Shown: piece by piece, positions 15,875 through 25,396 of the stretch
Layout of the letters: every line of letters begins with the position of its first letter
Numbering within the stretch: position 1 is the first letter of the stretch
The notes under the pieces: generated by a model
Seen by the model: only the letters and a program-made list of their open reading frames with translations
The model's database searches: none
Told to the model about the DNA's origin: nothing
Program-made: the position numbers and the translations under genes
Source: Pseudomonadota bacterium
Lineage (GTDB): Bacteria > Desulfobacterota > Desulfobulbia > Desulfobulbales > SURF-16
Length of the DNA stretch: 64,000 nucleotides
Reading direction: 5' to 3'
Assembly: GCA_043809085.1 (NCBI GenBank)
Contig: JAZDEG010000010.1
Coordinates: forward strand, 11,581-75,580

Positions 15875-16621
15875 TCAGTTATTCCGGGGTACACCGGGTG
15901 TTTGGATTTTTACATTGTCCGGCAACGCGCGCGGAGCAGGAACTCTTCTTGTCGCCGATGTCCGTCGACTGCTGACCGGGGCTGATGATTTTCTTGTGAC
16001 GGTTGCCCTTGTTTTGGGCGCAGCCTTGGGTTTTGGCGCTGGCGGTGGGGGAGCTATCCGATCCTTTTTCGGGTCGATGAGCATTTTTTCAATGGTTTCC
16101 TCCCCTTTCTGCAGGACAAGTTTTTCCGGTTCTATTGCTACAACTTTATACCCGCTAACCGTGTCTCCGGCAACCAGTTGTGTATAATTTCTTGGTTTCA
16201 GGGGCGCCGGAGCGTTCTTATTAGCGCCTATCGCTGCAGGAGGCGGGGTTTTCGGAGGAGGGTAGACGATCAACCCTTTACGGATATCACCGGCAATAAT
16301 CGACCCGGCATACGAAACCGTGGCTATGTCGACTGACACATCCTGACCATTGTCGGTGTCCGCAGCTTCTTCCTCATTGTCCCCTGGAAGAAACCTTTCG
16401 GCATTGAAGAGATATCCCTGGTTCAGGTCAGGCAAGGCTGCCGGCACGGGGGGATAGAAGACAACCTTTTTTTCCGGAGGGATAACAGGCTGCGGTTTCG
16501 CCTTTTTCGGCACGTTGGCATCGCCTGCATATTCATAGTCGGAACGGTAGGAAACCACCGCTTCCTTGACAAGAAAGAGGAAGGAAAGACTGAGAATGAC
16601 TGAGGCGATGATCTTAACCAT
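15875..16621 (-). CDS. Pro-rich bitopic membrane protein, possible GspC/PilP-like secretin partner
   Basis: 248 aa with an N-terminal TM segment (IIASVILSLSFLFLV). The middle segment GYKVVAIEPEKLVLQKGEETIEKMLID looks like a PilP/GspC HR-type beta domain. The tail is Pro/Lys/Arg-rich. The call rests on position and composition only. Confidence 0.3.
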   Translation of the reverse strand: MVKIIASVILSLSFLFLVKEAVVSYRSDYEYAGDANVPKKAKPQPVIPPEKKVVFYPPVPAALPDLNQGYLFNAERFLPGDNEEEAADTDNGQDVSVDIATVSYAGSIIAGDIRKGLIVYPPPKTPPPAAIGANKNAPAPLKPRNYTQLVAGDTVSGYKVVAIEPEKLVLQKGEETIEKMLIDPKKDRIAPPPPAPKPKAAPKTRATVTRKSSAPVSSRRTSATRRVPAPRALPDNVKIQTPGVPRNN

Positions 16622-17177
16622 TTGTAATTGTATAAAAACCTTTTATGTCGAGAAAAATTTTCATTTCTGATTTTTTATAGGGTTTCAAGGTAAAGCTTTC
16701 AATCTGAAAAAGTTTATCCGAGCGGTAAAGCTGGCTGATTAAATCCATAAACTGGCTCATGCTGCCTGACAGCCGAATCTTGATGGCAATTTCATGGAAA
16801 TCGCGGGGCGCGTTTCTGCCTCCCGTCACAAGCGGTCTGATCGATTCAGGTTCCAGACCGGCCCTTGTAACCTGTTCCTGAATCATTATCTGCATCGCTG
16901 AAGAAACCTCCTCCTCGGAAACGCCGGTGAAAAGGTATTTTTCCAGTTTTGCAGAACGCTGCTTGAGGCGGGCGACGCTTTTTTTCAGGGAAGGCAAGGA
17001 GGCTGCTGTTTCCTGATACTGTTCAAGAAGATTCTGATTGGCTTCCAGTTCTTTCTTCTGATCGCTGTACGTTCCAAGCGACAGGCGGACAATATTGACC
17101 AGCAGAAGAAGAGCGCCAAGGGTGAGAAGAAGAGCCTTCCGGTCAACACCTTTAAGCAGGAGGATGATCCGGTTCAT
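16614..17177 (-). CDS. gspM: GspM/PilO-like assembly-platform protein
   Basis: 187 aa. It has one N-terminal TM segment, then a coiled-coil region, then a ferredoxin-like C-terminal part (IAIKIRLSGSMSQFMDLISQL...FQIESFTL). Its position after the gspL-like gene fits. Confidence 0.5.
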   Translation of the reverse strand: MNRIILLLKGVDRKALLLTLGALLLLVNIVRLSLGTYSDQKKELEANQNLLEQYQETAASLPSLKKSVARLKQRSAKLEKYLFTGVSEEEVSSAMQIMIQEQVTRAGLEPESIRPLVTGGRNAPRDFHEIAIKIRLSGSMSQFMDLISQLYRSDKLFQIESFTLKPYKKSEMKIFLDIKGFYTITNG

Positions 17178-18322
17178 TTGCTGCTGACCTCCACATGAAA
17201 ATATGTCTGGTTTTTCCGACGGCTGGTGGACTTTAACTTCGCCTTGTTCAAGGCGTCGAGATTGCTGGTCAGATCCCCGATATCATCCGTATAACCCTGC
17301 AGCTGGATATCACCCGTTTTCTCGTCCATGCGGATCTGGTCGAGATAACTGTTTTTGGGCAGAGCCTTTGTCGCCTTTTCAAAAAAGCTGATGATGTCAA
17401 AATTCTGGCCGATTCCTTCAATACGCTCAATTGACTCGGTCAGCTGTTTATCTTCCAGGCGGAGCTGCTCCACCTCCTTGATCTGAGGCTGAAGCGCGGA
17501 AATTTCTCCGTCCGTCTTTTTTAGCTGATTGAGAATGGAATATTCCTTTATCGCCCCGACACCCAAAAAGGCACCCAGGTTGAGGATGCAAAGCCCGACG
17601 AGAACATAGCGTAGATAGTCCGGCCTTCGGTAGGAGGCAGGCAAAAGATTGAATTCCTTGTGCAGGGGCAATTCCGCGAGCAGAGCGGAGCTGTCCTGGA
17701 ATCCGCTGCCCTCATCCGGACTGGGGGTATAGATCACCTCCCCGGGGTCAAGTTTCTGCAATTGCTCGGCAGAAGGGGTGCTATGGCAGAGAATCCTGTC
17801 AAGGATGCTGTGTTCGGAAAAAATCAGCAGTTTTGTATAACGACCCGGCAACAAGAGGCTCCACCTCTTTTTTTTGCAGAGCCGGGTCACATAGCGCTGG
17901 CTTTCCGGGAAAAGGCCGACCAGGCGAAAGCCCTGTCCCGCCACTTCATCCAGCCATGGGGTCACTTTTTCTTCAAGCAGAGCGTAAAGGCTTATACTGT
18001 AATCCTGTTTTCCGCGGATAGCAGTGTAGCGGTGCAGCATTTTTCCTTCAAAGGGAGCAAGAATGGCCAGTTGATAGCCAACCGCCTCTTTGATATCTGC
18101 GGTTTTGAGCGGCAGACTGAAATTTTTGTAAAAAAGCAAATCCTCGGACAGGTAAAAAGAGACGTTCAGCCCTGATGGATTTTTGTCCTCACAGCAGCGG
18201 GTGACCCTTCTCCCCAGATCGGTGACAGGATGGGGAATAAATTCAGTCTCCTGTTTGAAAGGTGTGTGAATTTCAAGGCCGTCGGGCCTGATAAATATTT
18301 CGACACTCTCCTTCATGACCAC
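17174..18322 (-). CDS. gspL: GspL-like (PilM/PilN-type fusion) assembly-platform protein
   Basis: 382 aa. It has a cytoplasmic N-domain, a TM segment (YVLVGLCILNLGAFLGVGAI) and a periplasmic coiled-coil/PilN-like tail. It has 4-nt and 10-nt overlaps with its neighbours. Confidence 0.5.
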   Translation of the reverse strand: MVMKESVEIFIRPDGLEIHTPFKQETEFIPHPVTDLGRRVTRCCEDKNPSGLNVSFYLSEDLLFYKNFSLPLKTADIKEAVGYQLAILAPFEGKMLHRYTAIRGKQDYSISLYALLEEKVTPWLDEVAGQGFRLVGLFPESQRYVTRLCKKKRWSLLLPGRYTKLLIFSEHSILDRILCHSTPSAEQLQKLDPGEVIYTPSPDEGSGFQDSSALLAELPLHKEFNLLPASYRRPDYLRYVLVGLCILNLGAFLGVGAIKEYSILNQLKKTDGEISALQPQIKEVEQLRLEDKQLTESIERIEGIGQNFDIISFFEKATKALPKNSYLDQIRMDEKTGDIQLQGYTDDIGDLTSNLDALNKAKLKSTSRRKNQTYFHVEVSSK

Positions 18323-19299
18323 CCTTCTTCCCGAGAATAATAGTTTACTTTGGTGCCGTACAGTTCAAACAGGACTCGCACCTCATGTGCCACAGGAGGG
18401 GTGAGGGTGTCCTTTTCCCTTTCGGCAAGCTCCTGCTCGTCGACTCCGGTCTCACCCCGGACAACGATCGAATAGAACCTGTTGTTGCCGGAGTTATAGG
18501 TGAGGGCGTCTTTGACCTGACTGAACCGCTCCGCGCCGAGGATCTGCAGAGCGTGTTCCTGCCCCAGGTTGACATAAAGTTCTTTTGCCTCCCGGTAAGC
18601 GTTTTTTTTCTCCGCATCCCCTTCAGTCAGGAAATCAAGCATCAACGGGGAAAGACTGTTGAAGTTAACCAGGCCCGTGTCGTTGTGGGTGGTGAAGATA
18701 TCGCTCGCCCGAAATTTACCGGCAAGTGGATCTGTACCGTGAACCAGAAAAAACTCCGATGGCTCCATTATTTTACCGTTTCGGGGAATATAGGGATCAT
18801 CAAGAGCTTCATAGGTCTCCAGCTCAGCCCCATTCAGACGATGAAGGTTGTCACTGTCCTGCCAGTCATACAGCGAATCGATGATAATTTCCCGTTCAGG
18901 GGCGTCTATCTGCATATATTCCAAAAAAAGGTCCAAGAGATTCTTATTGAATTTATTCAAATCGATTTTACCAGATTCGTTCACTACATAGTAGCGCAAA
19001 TGTCCGGTGACAAGAAATGCGTCATATTCATACCCCTCGGCAAATGTTTCATATTCCTCATTAATATATTCCAGAGGCTTGTCAAGTATTCTGAATATTC
19101 CGAGATTCACTCCGGCTTCAGCAAGTGAAAGGCCTGCGGCCCGTTCCTTGGCATTGACGGCTATCCTCAGTTCAGTCCGCACATTCAGAATAAGCTGACC
19201 GGCAAGAAACGATATCAGCAGCATGATGACAATGACCACCAGCAGGGCAAATCCTTGCTGGCCGGCAGGTGATTGTCTTTTATGATAGCCCAGCGACAT
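18313..19299 (-). CDS. gspK: Minor pseudopilin GspK
   Basis: 328 aa. The prepilin-like N-terminus QQGFALLVVIVIMLLISFLAG lacks Glu+5, as is typical for GspK. The size and the helix-hairpin-helix-like middle region fit. Confidence 0.7.
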   Translation of the reverse strand: MSLGYHKRQSPAGQQGFALLVVIVIMLLISFLAGQLILNVRTELRIAVNAKERAAGLSLAEAGVNLGIFRILDKPLEYINEEYETFAEGYEYDAFLVTGHLRYYVVNESGKIDLNKFNKNLLDLFLEYMQIDAPEREIIIDSLYDWQDSDNLHRLNGAELETYEALDDPYIPRNGKIMEPSEFFLVHGTDPLAGKFRASDIFTTHNDTGLVNFNSLSPLMLDFLTEGDAEKKNAYREAKELYVNLGQEHALQILGAERFSQVKDALTYNSGNNRFYSIVVRGETGVDEQELAEREKDTLTPPVAHEVRVLFELYGTKVNYYSREEGWS

Positions 19300-19313
19300 G
19301 TTTGACGTTTTTC

Positions 19314-19664
19314 CTACAGTAAGGGCCGCAGTTTGAGAGAGGCCAGTTCTCCACTAGTGCTGCGCACCTCAAGCAGACGGAATTTATGTCCTTCTATGAA
19401 AAGGGTGGAATTTTCCTCCTGCTCCTCATACACTGCGCTTTCCGAACCGGTATATCTGGTGTCCAGACTGAAAGACACCATTTCGTCAAAAACGTTTGCC
19501 CGTATTTTCTCTACTCTGCCGATATTTTTCAAGGCAACAGAGAAACTTTCCAGGGTGGCCACGTATGCCAGCCCCAGAATGAGTACAGCAGCCAGCACCT
19601 CAAGCAGGGTAAAGCCCTTCTGGCTTTGTCCGGCAGCGGCTCTGCCACCCCTTTCAGATATCAT
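19314..19664 (-). CDS. gspI: Minor pseudopilin, GspI-like
   Basis: 116 aa with the prepilin cleavage/methylation motif KG|FTLLEVLAAVLILGLA, including Glu+5. Confidence 0.6.
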   Translation of the reverse strand: MISERGGRAAAGQSQKGFTLLEVLAAVLILGLAYVATLESFSVALKNIGRVEKIRANVFDEMVSFSLDTRYTGSESAVYEEQEENSTLFIEGHKFRLLEVRSTSGELASLKLRPLL

Positions 19665-20265
19665 CAGGTTGCGCTCCCATCACCCGCATCTCGGTCTGGC
19701 ACCAGGGGGTAAATTCATATTCCTTGCCGTCGTAAGTAACCAGCACGGAGTCACTGCCATCCTCGTAGGAAAAGGAGAGCGGCAGGCTTTTTTCAATCAG
19801 AATTTTCATGCTTTCATAATCCGGAATATAGTCCCCGGTGTAATCATTGTTATAAAAATCCCGTTTTTCCAGATAATAAAGGGAACCGCTGTCCGGATCG
19901 TAGCGGTATACAGCCAGGACGGTTCCGGCATTGGAATAGAGAAGGGGAGCACGAGTCGTCACCCTGAGCACGGTGTCGTCGGCAGAAATGGCAATTTTTT
20001 TGGTCTGACTGTCGTACAGCCCGCATTTTACCTGCCGCTGGAGAAGTCCCAGCAAGCCCTGTTCCCGTTCAATCTGGATAATTCTCTTATCCCCTTTTTC
20101 CGAAAATTTAATACTGACATTTAAAATGGAATAAATCATGGATGAAACCATGGCGAGCAGCAGGACCGCCACCATGACCTCAAAAAGGGTGAACCCACGT
20201 TCCTCCTTGTACCGGTGCCTGAGTGTCACCACCCTTGGTTCATCCATGACAGGGGCCTTATTCAA
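19654..20265 (-). CDS. gspJ: Minor pseudopilin, GspJ-like
   Basis: 203 aa with motif RG|FTLFEVMVAVLLLAMV. The size is typical of GspJ. It has a long (24-aa) leader. Confidence 0.55.
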   Translation of the reverse strand: MNKAPVMDEPRVVTLRHRYKEERGFTLFEVMVAVLLLAMVSSMIYSILNVSIKFSEKGDKRIIQIEREQGLLGLLQRQVKCGLYDSQTKKIAISADDTVLRVTTRAPLLYSNAGTVLAVYRYDPDSGSLYYLEKRDFYNNDYTGDYIPDYESMKILIEKSLPLSFSYEDGSDSVLVTYDGKEYEFTPWCQTEMRVMGAQPDDI

Positions 20266-20746
20266 CTATCGGTAAGCCGGTCAAGGCATCCAGGGCTATG
20301 GAACGGCTTCTGCTGCCCAGGGTAAAGGTCAAAATTGCCGGAGTGGCGGTTGATTGCGGGGTGAAATAAATGATTTCCGGGTTGATGGTGAGCTCGCTTT
20401 CCGGATTGAGATCAAGATTTTTCTCCTCCGCCTCCCCTGCGCCACTCTGCAGCAAAAAATTGTTTTCCTGCATACGTACTTCTATCTCCCGTCCTGAGGA
20501 AATCGCCTCCAAACGGATCGACCGAAGATTTGCCGTGATGGTTCCCATCTGTTTTCTGAAGTCAAGACCGGTGAGCAACCTGCTCAACTGAGGGGTGCTG
20601 ATTCCGGCCACAATTCCCAGCAGCACCAGCACGGTGAGCAATTCAAGCAGGGAAAAGCCTGCTTGACGCAATCGAGCCGGATAAAACCTTTGGTTTGGTA
20701 GCTCAGTCCGGTCCCGCATGAAAAGAAATTCCGCCTTATCCCGCAA
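20258..20746 (-). CDS. gspH: Minor pseudopilin, GspH/FimT-like
   Basis: 162 aa with motif AG|FSLLELLTVLVLLGIVAGIS. It lacks the GspG-type conserved core. Its leader is unusually long (up to 28 aa). Confidence 0.55.
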   Translation of the reverse strand: MRDKAEFLFMRDRTELPNQRFYPARLRQAGFSLLELLTVLVLLGIVAGISTPQLSRLLTGLDFRKQMGTITANLRSIRLEAISSGREIEVRMQENNFLLQSGAGEAEEKNLDLNPESELTINPEIIYFTPQSTATPAILTFTLGSRSRSIALDALTGLPIVE

Positions 20747-21959
20747 TGTCGTTAATGCTTAATATGACCGACAGCATGGAAACGACAATATACCCGGCGA
20801 TCAGGGCGATGGCGAGTATAAAGGCCGGCTCAACAAGGGAGATCAGTCTTTTGATCCTGGTGCGCAGTTCCTGGTCAAAATGGTCGGCAATCTGGCCGCA
20901 GACCTCCCCGACTTTCCCCGATTCCTCGCCAATGGAAAGCAGATCAACCGCCAGGCTCGGCAGCAGAGATTCTCCTTTCAGCTTCGAACTGACTCGCTGC
21001 CCCTCCTTGAGAGCCTCTGTTGCCCGGTGGAGCATCTTCTGAAATTGCTCATTGACCGCAATCCCTGTGCATATGCGCAGGGCCGTGGCCAGGTGGACAC
21101 CGTTATTGACCAGAACCTCAAGGGTACGAAAAATCCGCGTTGTTTCAAGCTCCCGGATAAACCCTGACAGTCCGGGAATTTTCAGGGACTGCCGATGATA
21201 AAGCTCTTTGCCCTCAGGAGTCCCCATATACCAGATAACCAGCGCAATCGGCCCGAAGATCAGAATAAGGGTGATGATAAGATGATCGGAGACAAATCCG
21301 GCCACCGCCATCATAAATGCCACATTGGCTGGAAGCTGCTGCCCGATCCCTTGAAACAGCACCTCAAATCGGGGCAGGATGGTGGTGATGAGTATAATGA
21401 CGGCGATGATACCGACGATGAGCAGGATAAGGGGATAGACCGATGCAGAGATGATAAATTGCTTGAGTTCCTGGAAGGTGGACTGGTATTCCGAAATTTT
21501 GTTCAGCATGGCCGGGAGAATACCGCCTTCCTCTCCCGCCCTGGCGATGTTGATATACATGGGGGAAAAATAGGGGTAGTCGGCAAGGGCCTGGGAAAAA
21601 GATTTGCCTTCCTTGAGTTTCCGTTCCAGGGAGCCGCAGAACTCTTTAAAGGACGCTTTCTGGCTGTGATTTTTCATCACCCGCAGGGCGGCATCAAGGG
21701 AAAGTCCGGCACTGAGCAGCATGGCGATCTGTTTTGTGAAAAAATCGATTTCCGTGCGGGTAATTTTACCCCGATGAAAATCGAGAAAGGCGGGAAGTTT
21801 GAGCTGTTTAGAGGAACCCGGAGTGTATGATTTTATTTCCAGGGGGCGGAGACCCTGCACCATCAGTTTCTTTGCCACCGCCCCTTTGTCGACTTCCTCC
21901 AGCACTCCCTCCTTGATCGATCTGTCGCCGTCAACTGCCTTGTATTTAAAGAGCGGCAT
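20736..21959 (-). CDS. gspF: Type II secretion inner-membrane platform protein GspF
   Basis: 407 aa with two T2SSF repeats and three TM segments. The N-terminus MPLFKYKAVD is characteristic of GspF/PilC. Confidence 0.9.
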   Translation of the reverse strand: MPLFKYKAVDGDRSIKEGVLEEVDKGAVAKKLMVQGLRPLEIKSYTPGSSKQLKLPAFLDFHRGKITRTEIDFFTKQIAMLLSAGLSLDAALRVMKNHSQKASFKEFCGSLERKLKEGKSFSQALADYPYFSPMYINIARAGEEGGILPAMLNKISEYQSTFQELKQFIISASVYPLILLIVGIIAVIILITTILPRFEVLFQGIGQQLPANVAFMMAVAGFVSDHLIITLILIFGPIALVIWYMGTPEGKELYHRQSLKIPGLSGFIRELETTRIFRTLEVLVNNGVHLATALRICTGIAVNEQFQKMLHRATEALKEGQRVSSKLKGESLLPSLAVDLLSIGEESGKVGEVCGQIADHFDQELRTRIKRLISLVEPAFILAIALIAGYIVVSMLSVILSINDIAG

Positions 21960-23664
21960 TGGTAACTCCGCGGCTCACCCTGATAACCTCAGCCAGAGTG
22001 GTTTGTCCCGTTTTTATCTTTCGCAGGCCGTCCTGGTACATATCCTGGAAACCTTCCGCCTGGGCAATTTCTTTCAGTTCCCCCAGGTCCTTTCTTTTGG
22101 CCACCGCACGACACAAAGCATCACTCATGATGAGCAGCTCATAGATTCCGATCCGACCGCTGTACCCGCTGCTCGAGCAGTGGCTGCATCCGGCGCCGAT
22201 GAACATTTCAAAGTCGCCGCCTGTCGGGACATAACCGAGATGTTCGGAAATATTGCCCTGGGTGGTTCGGCAATGGGGACAGATGCGGCGGACAAGTCGC
22301 TGCGCCAATACTCCCCGCAGGGCGGAGGAGATGAGGAAATGTTCCACCCCGATGTCAATCATACGGACAACAGCGGATAGAGCGTCGTTGGTGTGCAGGG
22401 TGCTGAAGACAAGATGGCCTGTCAGGGATGACTGGACGGCAATTTCCGCTGTGTCCAGATCCCTGATCTCCCCCACCATGATGATATCCGGATCCTGGCG
22501 GACAATGGAGCGGAGCCCCTTGGCAAATGTCAGCCCGATTTCCGGACGGACTTGGGTCTGGTTGATTCCTTTCAGCTGATATTCAACCGGGTCTTCCAGA
22601 GTAATGATTTTGTTGGTGCCGGTATTGATTTTGTTAAGGGCGCAATAAAGGGTGGTGGTCTTGCCGCTGCCGGTGGGGCCCGTGACCAGGATGATGCCGT
22701 TGGGATAGGTGATCAGTTCCCTGAATTTCCGTTCAATATCATCGCCCATGCCGAGATGACTCATCTCAAGAATGATCGATCCTTTTTCCAGAATACGGAT
22801 AACCACGCCTTCTCCGTAAATTGACGGCATGGTCGAGACGCGCAGATCGATCTCCTTGCCGCCGATGCGCATGGATATTTTGCCGTCCTGGGGGATTCGT
22901 CTTTCCGCAATGTCGAGTGAGGCGAGAAGTTTGGTACGGGAAATGATAGCCGCCTGCATCGGTGTCGGCGGAATTTCATAATCATGGAGAATGCCGTCGA
23001 TACGGAAACGGATCAACTGCCCGCCCTCGTAAGATTCAATGTGAATGTCGCTGGCCCGCCGGTTTACCGCCGTGTCTATCAGGTTATTGACATATTTGAT
23101 GACCGGCGCCTCGGAAGCCATGTCCTTCAACTTGTCGATGTCCGCTTCGTCCATCACAGCCTGTTCCTGCTCAACTTCATCAAGGCCGAGATCATACTGT
23201 TCGTCGACTATTTTCTTGACATCCTTTTCCAGGGCGATTTGAATTTCGAATGGTTCGGCAACGTCGATCTGGGCCGTGGAAAGAATGTCTCCATCCATCG
23301 GATCATGGCAGACTAAGATAATGTCATTGTCATTACGCCGGACAAGGGCGAAGGGGTGCTCTCGGTGGAAAATTTTTGAGATGGAGACAGGGATGAAGAT
23401 GTCATCTTCACGAGGGACGAATATCTGCAGAGACAGCTGTTCGGAAAGGGCAACGAGAAGGTCATCCTCGCTGATGAACCCCAGGGACACGAGAATGTCT
23501 CCGAGTCCCTGGGGAACTGATTCAAGATGGGTCAGGGCACGTTCCAACTGATTGGGCTGCAGCTTGCCTTTCCGGACAAGCAGATCCCCCAGTTTTTCTT
23601 TCTTGGCAAAGAATACGGTCATGGGGCCTCTTTCAGGGCGTACCCCGTTCATTCCAAGTCGCAT
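21946..23664 (-). CDS. gspE: Type II secretion ATPase GspE
   Basis: 572 aa. Walker A: VTGPTGSGKTTTLY. Asp box and Walker B: IIMVGEIRD. His box: GHLVFSTLHTN. Tetra-Cys Zn site: CPHC...CSHC. It has an N-terminal T2SSE_N-type domain. ATG 23622 is an alternative start. Confidence 0.9.
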   Translation of the reverse strand: MRLGMNGVRPERGPMTVFFAKKEKLGDLLVRKGKLQPNQLERALTHLESVPQGLGDILVSLGFISEDDLLVALSEQLSLQIFVPREDDIFIPVSISKIFHREHPFALVRRNDNDIILVCHDPMDGDILSTAQIDVAEPFEIQIALEKDVKKIVDEQYDLGLDEVEQEQAVMDEADIDKLKDMASEAPVIKYVNNLIDTAVNRRASDIHIESYEGGQLIRFRIDGILHDYEIPPTPMQAAIISRTKLLASLDIAERRIPQDGKISMRIGGKEIDLRVSTMPSIYGEGVVIRILEKGSIILEMSHLGMGDDIERKFRELITYPNGIILVTGPTGSGKTTTLYCALNKINTGTNKIITLEDPVEYQLKGINQTQVRPEIGLTFAKGLRSIVRQDPDIIMVGEIRDLDTAEIAVQSSLTGHLVFSTLHTNDALSAVVRMIDIGVEHFLISSALRGVLAQRLVRRICPHCRTTQGNISEHLGYVPTGGDFEMFIGAGCSHCSSSGYSGRIGIYELLIMSDALCRAVAKRKDLGELKEIAQAEGFQDMYQDGLRKIKTGQTTLAEVIRVSRGVTNAAL

Positions 23665-23721
23665 TCAAACCAATGTCTTGGCCGTTTTCGCGATCTTGGC
23701 CTGAATGCAACGTTGAATAAT

Positions 23722-25131
23722 TTATGATAAGTCTCGCACTTCACGTCCCTCTTTCAAATCACTCCCCTCTAGATACCGTTTAATCGATTCCGCTGCAACC
23801 TTTCCTTGATAAACTGCCTTAGCGGCGGTCTGGGGTCCCAGTACGGAATCTCCGCCGGAGAAAATCCAGGGAACGGATGTCTGCAGAGTTTGCGGGTCGA
23901 CGACATAGGTTCCCCAACGTGTCAACTCAAAGTCTAAGCCGTTGTCTACAAAATGGTCGACATCCTGACTTATGGCGGCGATGACCGCGTCAGCTTCGAT
24001 AAAAAAGTTAGAACCCTCTATCACCACCGGCCGGCAACGACCCGATGTATCGCATTCACCGAGCTGCATGCGATGACATTCTACTTTCTTCAGGCGACCG
24101 TTTTCGCCATGCAGCTTGATTGGCGCAGCCAGGTACTCGACATGGACGCCCTCTTCCTCCAGATGGTGGATTTCGGCCATTGAGGCCGGCATCTCCTTCT
24201 TGGTCCTGCGGTAAAGGATGAACACATCATCAGATCCGGTGCGCAGCGCGGTTCGGGCGACATCGATTGCCACATTGCCGCCACCCACCACAACCACTTT
24301 TTTGCCGAGACTGATCTTTTCGCCGAGACACACGCGACGCAGGTAGTCAACACCATGGGAAACACCTTGGAGATCCTCGCCTTCAAGCCCGAGTTTGCGA
24401 CTGACGTGAGCTCCGACTCCGACGAAGACGGCATCAAATCCTTTTTCTTCCTTCAGTTGCTGAAGCGATATATCCTTGCCGATAATAACATTGTTCTGCA
24501 CGGTGACCCCGCAGTTCTTCAGGGAATCAAACTCGGCATGGATGATGTCCCGTGGCAGTCTGTAAGCGGGAATTCCCACGGACAGCATGCCGCCGAACAC
24601 CGGAAGACTTTCAAATATGGTGCAGTGATAACCTTCATGGGCCAGATGATAGGCAGCGGTCATCCCGGCGGGTCCGGATCCGACAATGGCCACTTTTTTC
24701 TTTTTCGGCAGGGCACAGGGCGATGCTATATTTTTATTATTTTTTACCATCCAGTCCACAAGAAAACGCTCAAGCATACCGATTGCGACCGGCTCTCCCT
24801 TTTTGCCCCGGACACAGGAACCTTCGCATTGAAATTCATGAGGGCAGACCCGGGAACAAACTGCGGGCAAAGAACTTGTTTCGCGGATCGCCCAGTATCC
24901 CTCCTCAAATTGCCTGCAACGTAAACGCTCTATAAACAAAGGGATATTATTCCCGATAGGGCAACCTTCACGGCATGTGGGTTTTTTGCACTGCAGACAA
25001 CGGTTTGCCTCAAGAATGGCAGTTTCTTCATCGTATCCGGCAACCACCTCATCAAAGTTTTTGATCCGGTACGCAATATCAAGTTCTTTCGCTTTTTGCC
25101 TTTCAATGGCAAGACGTTCTTTGGGTTTCAC
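23722..25131 (-). CDS. GltD/NfnB-family NAD(P)H-dependent FAD/FeS oxidoreductase (glutamate synthase small-subunit-like)
   Basis: 469 aa. The N-terminal FeS Cys clusters are CLQCKKPTCREGCP and CSRVCPHEFQCEGSC. The dinucleotide folds are VAIVGSGPAGMTAA and VVVVGGGNVAIDVA. No large-subunit or NfnA-like partner lies adjacent. Confidence 0.8.
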   Translation of the reverse strand: MKPKERLAIERQKAKELDIAYRIKNFDEVVAGYDEETAILEANRCLQCKKPTCREGCPIGNNIPLFIERLRCRQFEEGYWAIRETSSLPAVCSRVCPHEFQCEGSCVRGKKGEPVAIGMLERFLVDWMVKNNKNIASPCALPKKKKVAIVGSGPAGMTAAYHLAHEGYHCTIFESLPVFGGMLSVGIPAYRLPRDIIHAEFDSLKNCGVTVQNNVIIGKDISLQQLKEEKGFDAVFVGVGAHVSRKLGLEGEDLQGVSHGVDYLRRVCLGEKISLGKKVVVVGGGNVAIDVARTALRTGSDDVFILYRRTKKEMPASMAEIHHLEEEGVHVEYLAAPIKLHGENGRLKKVECHRMQLGECDTSGRCRPVVIEGSNFFIEADAVIAAISQDVDHFVDNGLDFELTRWGTYVVDPQTLQTSVPWIFSGGDSVLGPQTAAKAVYQGKVAAESIKRYLEGSDLKEGREVRDLS

Positions 25132-25304
25132 AAAAATCTCCTTCTTGTTTCTCTGTATGTCAAAGCGTGCGGCTAAGTATATCTACCTAATAGTATTGTA
25201 TATTAACTTTTCCTTATTAATATGTTTGCAAGATCTTTTCACGCCAAAAAATCAAATATGGCATGACCAATTTCATCATGCCGCAACTATTGGTAATTAC
25301 AAAG

Positions 25305-25362
25305 TTGATTCTCTCTTTTATTATGCTATAATCTTTTCTGATCGTCAGTTATTAGCTAACTG
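25305..25362 (+). promoter_or_regulatory. Sigma70-type promoter of cheX with a downstream palindrome
   Basis: TTGATT (25305-25310), a 16-nt spacer, then TATAAT (25327-25332). The palindrome CAGTTA-N5-TAACTG lies at 25346-25362. The surrounding spacer is AT-rich and 265 bp long. Confidence 0.55.
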
Positions 25363-25396
25363 TCTATTTTCACCACGTGAATTTTAAAGGAAGTCT

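Noticed and set aside
23440-23595. Tandem ~24-residue repeats in the GspE N-terminus (KLGDLLVRKGKLQPNQLERALTHL and GLGDILVSLGFISEDDLLVALSEQ), considered as a c-di-GMP-binding MshEN-type site
   Set aside because: The fold-level resemblance is generic to T2SSE_N domains. In both repeats, the leading Arg of the motif as I remember it (RLGxx...) is replaced (Lys, Gly), and the first repeat lacks the terminal Gln. I therefore do not claim nucleotide binding. It would need a binding assay.
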